Shown one piece after another: positions 59,890 through 64,000 of a stretch of DNA of 64,000 bases. The position numbers and the translations under genes were made by a program. How positions within the stretch are numbered: the first letter of the stretch is position 1; each line of letters starts with the position of its first letter. The stretch is taken from the NCBI GenBank assembly GCA_026770705.1, contig JANJGN010000021.1:98518001-98582000 (forward strand), written 5' to 3'. Under the pieces are notes generated by a model. The model searched no databases and was not told where the DNA came from. It was given only the letters and a program-made list of their open reading frames with translations. The stretch is from Isurus oxyrinchus (taxonomy: Eukaryota).

Positions 59890-60280
59890 AGTCTGAGTAA
59901 ATTGGGCCTATACTGTCTGGAATTTAGAGGAATGAGAGGTGATCTCACTGAAACATACAAGATTCTGAAGGGCAGTGACAGAATAGACACAGGTTATTTC
60001 ATCTGGATGGGGCACAGTGTCAGGATAAGGGAGCAATCATTTAGGACTGAGATGAGAAATTTCTTCACTCAAAGGCTTGTGAATCTTTGGAATTCTCTAT
60101 CCAGAGGGTTGTGGATTCCCCATCGTTGAGTATATTCAAGACTGAGATCGATAAATTCTCGATTTCTCAGAGAATTAAGGGAAATGGAGAGCAGGCAGGA
60201 AACTGGAAATCACATTGAATGGCGGAGCAGGCTTGAGGGGTTCAACAGACTGCCCCTGCCCCTATTTCTTATGTTCTTAG
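59890..60280 (+). mobile_element. CR1 3' fragment
   Basis: LGLYCLEFRGMRGDLTETYKILKG..RNFFTQRLVNLWNSL. Confidence 0.85.
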
Positions 60281-61689
60281 GCTCTTAACTACCCTTAACG
60301 TAGCAAAGTCCACATTTTACTCACGGAGTAAAGAGGTTCATCTTGAATGCGCTATTGGTTGTATCAGTGACTATCTTAATCTGGTGTCACTTTTGTTATA
60401 GTGGCCTCCCAAGTTGAAACATCTTCCCTCAACATTTACCTTATCAAACCCATTCATATTTTTTATATACCAGAAACCTCTTGTAGGTTTCAAGCTATGC
60501 TTGGTTTAATTCAATACTTTTCACTCTGCCTTTTATAAAAGTACGCTCCTTTGCAGCCCGCTTGATTGGCACCCCATCCATTCCCTCCATCATCGATACA
60601 CAGTGGCGGCAGTGTGTACCATCTACTAGTTGCACTGCAGAAACTCCACAATGGCTCCTTCAAAACCTTCTAAACCCAAACTGCTACCATCTAGAAGGAC
60701 AAGGGCAGCAGACACATGGCAACACCACCACCTGGAAGATCCCCTCCAAGCCACTCATTGTCCTGACTTGGAAATAAATTGTTGTTCCTTCACTGTCACT
60801 GGGTCAAAATCCTAAACCTCCCTAACAGCACTGTGGCTGTACCTACACTGCATGGACTGCTGTGGTTCAAGAAGACAGCTCACCACTGCCTTCTCAATGG
60901 CAATTAGTGATGAGCAATAAATGCTGGCCCAGCCAGCGAAGCCCACATCCTATGAAAGAATTAAACAAAAACACTAGTGCCACATAGAACATTCCCTGAA
61001 CACCAGTCCCCACAGTGTGTGATATAACAGCAAACATTACAATGATCATGGTGAGGTCTGATTCCATTTTTAGGACCAGCTGAAATTATCCTTGGATTCC
61101 ATGGAGAATCAAAAGAAAAATAAAAGTGAATTAAAACAGCAGCAGGAGAGGAAGATTTCCGAACTGGATGTGAGTATTACTTCAGTTCCCTTTAAACACT
61201 GCGATCCTTTAACAATCCACTGTTTAAATGATCTCTCCCAACTTTAGGAACTCATTGGATCCCTGGAGCAAAACATCTCCACACAATTTGCTAAAATCCA
61301 TCAATAACTTGAAGACAAAGAAAAACATTTAATCGAAGAGCTGAGGAGACAAAAGGAGGAAGATCTGAGACTAATGGAGGAGAACTTGAAAAGAATTGAA
61401 GAGGAACTGACGTCACTTGAGGAGAAGACATTGAGTCTTTGTGTAGACATCGAGCAGCAGGACAGTAGCTCCTTTCTCAAGGTGACCCTTTATAACCTAA
61501 TGCCCAAGCTGTTGATCTAAGTGTAAACAAAATTTTATTATAGGGCTTAAATCCCATCACAACAATGCCCAATGCGCAGTATGACTGAGGACAAACAGGT
61601 ATCAATCATGATTGAGCTCGAAGTGTCAGGGATATAGTCCCACATGGTCAGCGCTTCACACCGGCTGCAGTATAACTGGAACCAAAGTG

Positions 61690-62920
61690 CATTGCACCTT
61701 AAACCATCTTCTTAAACTGATCTCTTCTGTCTCCTCCACCCTCACCTCCGACAAGGAGCTCATGGATTTGTCATCAAGACTGAGGCCATCTGATCAGCTG
61801 CCTCTACCATCTCTCTCCCTTCTCCTAGCCCACCTGGCAAAATTTCCAATAAGTCTCCCCACTTCCCTAAGCCCTGAACATTTTTCTTTCTCTAGTTTCT
61901 CTCCAAACTCCACTTAGGCCTCTCCAAATGCACTTTGTCCCTGAGACCCACCTCCTGCGCCCTCGACCCTATTAATACTGGACTGCTAACCGCCCACCTT
62001 CCCCTCTTGGCCCCATGTTGGCTGATCATATTAAATACAGATATTGTTCCCACCTGACTTCACCCCTCTCCTACAAAATAAAATCCTTGGCCCTCCATCC
62101 TTGCAAAGTATACTACCTCCAACCTCCCTTTCTTCTCCAAATTCCTTGAACATGTTGTCAGCTCCCAAATTCACGCCCATCTTTCCTGGATTCAATGTCT
62201 GAATCCCTTCATCAGGCTTCTGTCCCTGCCACGGTACCAAAACAACTCTTATCACAATTACAAATACCATCCTATAGTTCTGTGAAAATGATAGACTGCC
62301 CCGCTGTGACCTTCTTGAATAGCTTTTCAACTTTGACATGGCTGACTACACCATGCTCCTCCAGTGCCTCTCCAAAGTCATCCAGTTGAGTAGGACTGCA
62401 CTCGCCTGGTTCCGTTCTTACCTATATAATTATAGCCAGGGAGTGACGATCGATGTCTTCTCTTCCAGCTCTTGGTTCATCACGTCTGCTGTTCCCTAAG
62501 GATATATCCCTACCATTCCCCCCCCACCTCCTATTTCTCATCCAAATGCTGGCCCCTTAATGGTCCCCTTTAACCCAGCTGCCCCATCTCATTCCCAAAA
62601 GTGTCAGTTTTCACGTGTACACTGATGACACCCACCTCTACCACCTTTCTCAACCCCTCCTGTGTCGTTAACTCACCAGGTGGCTAGTCTAAATTCCACT
62701 ACTAGTTGAGCAGAATTTTTCTCCAATTAAATATTGGGGAGACCAAAGGTATTGCCTTCAGTCCCTGCCAAAATCTCCGCTCACTAGCCACCATCCCTCT
62801 CCCTAGAAACTGTCTGAGGCTGGACCAGACTGTTCATAACCTTGGTGCCATATTTGGCCTGAGTTGATCTTCCGACCTCATATTCTTGCTATCGGTGATA
62901 TTGCCTATTCCCACCCATGC
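61690..62920 (+). mobile_element. Degraded L2-like LINE RT fragment
   Basis: TSCALDPI, SNLPFFSKFLEHVV, SGFCPCHGTKTTL and YTDDTHLY motifs. Confidence 0.75.
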
Positions 62921-64000
62921 AACATGATGGGGTGGGGAATGGGGGAGGAGGTGCAGTTAGTTCAGTTGGCGTGATGGCTAGTGTAAGGATTGGATTAGTG
63001 CCAACAGCATGGAGTTCAATCCCTATTCTGGCTGACATAGGCCAGGGACCTGCCTTGCTGGCCTACCTATCGTAAAATCAAGGCATAAAGCAATGGTTCA
63101 GCGACCCTTGAATTGAGGGTGCTACGTGGAGAAGAAAGAACATGATGAGAACTCTGATGAAAGGGTCACAAATCTGAAACATTACCTCTGTTTCACTCTC
63201 CGCAGATGCTCCTGAACTGCTGAGCATTTCCAGCATTTTTCTGTTTTTATTTCAGGTGTCCAGCTCATGCATTATTTTGCTTTTGTACTAGCTTCTGTGA
63301 AGCTGGGGACCTGAGGAGGAGCCAGAGGTGGATCTTCCATTTGGCATTTCTGGCTAAAGATGGTTGCAAATCCTTCAGCGCTCATGGTTTTCGCTCCGCA
63401 ATCTTTGAGGATGGGAATATTCATGGAACCTCCCCATCTCACTATTTGTTTAATTGTCCACCATATTCATGACTGGATGTGACAGGACTGCAGAGCTTTG
63501 ATCTGATGCATTGGTCGTAGGACATTGAAGTCCACTAGCAAGAGTACATTATCTGTCCTTGCTCTCCTCAGTGCTTCTTCCAACTGGCTTTCAACATGGA
63601 GGAGTATTGATTCATCAACTGAAGGAGGGCAGTGGGTGGTAATCAGCAGGCAGTGTCCTTGCCCATGTTTGACCTGATGCCATGAGTCTTCATGGGATTC
63701 CTAGTCGCTGTTGATTGTGTGCCACTACATCTGGTGGATGTGTCCTGCTGACCGACAGCAGGTGATAGTGGCATCTGAGACATTGTCTGTAAGGTATGAT
63801 TTGGTGGGTATAACTATGTCAGGCTGTTGTTTGACTGGTCTGTGGGTATGAACCCTGAGAGCAGTGACATGTGGTAATTCAGTCCCATAGGTACTAGCTA
63901 GGTCCTTTCCAAAAAGTGATACAATACAAAGAGTAGGCTACTTAGTCCCTCAAGACTGTTCCACCAGTCATTCAGATTGTGGCTGATCTGTGACCTAACT

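Larger units (their letters stand above)
54606..61481 (+). pseudogene. TRIM paralog pseudogene (exons 54606-55017, 61074-61169, 61248-61481; later exons not found in the window)
   Basis: 2-nt deletion at ~54827 (CTCTGAG vs CTCTGTGAG) giving TGA at 54828-54830; last RING ligand C->S (CPES); in-frame TAA at 61305-61307 (TAT in gene 1); exon sizes 96 and 234 and splice sites match gene 1. Confidence 0.92.

Noticed and set aside
61482-64000. Remaining TRIM2 exons (23-nt exon, linker, PRY-SPRY)
   Set aside because: No match to TRIM1 exons 4-6 found; the region is L2/SINE/LINE debris, so they are beyond the window or deleted.

Overview
Repeat-rich vertebrate genomic DNA. The LINE/SINE/Penelope repertoire and the gene sequences suggest a cartilaginous fish (shark-type); this is inference, not a database result. 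Three immune loci can be rebuilt from GT/AG splice sites and codon phases. (1) An intact 6-exon RING/B-box/coiled-coil/PRY-SPRY (B30.2) TRIM gene on the minus strand (18036->5282, 527 aa) with a 58-aa acidic insert. (2) An intact 5-exon divergent (nonclassical) MHC class I heavy-chain gene on the minus strand (38701->22858, 391 aa) with a hydrophobic groove and a cytoplasmic tail encoded by a 10-nt minisatellite. (3) An inverted TRIM paralog on the plus strand (54606->61481 and beyond) that is a pseudogene. Both TRIMs carry a triple-GAAA ISRE just upstream of the ATG and share a near-identical RING tract suggestive of gene conversion. The rest is nested mobile DNA: young Penelope-like elements (RT + GIY-YIG) with minimal hammerhead ribozyme motifs, two palindromic double-hammerhead elements, CR1/L2/Tx1/Vingi-like LINEs, Copia and Gypsy remnants, a solo LTR, a Harbinger-type DNA element, SINEs and minisatellites. 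Boundaries of old repeats are approximate.
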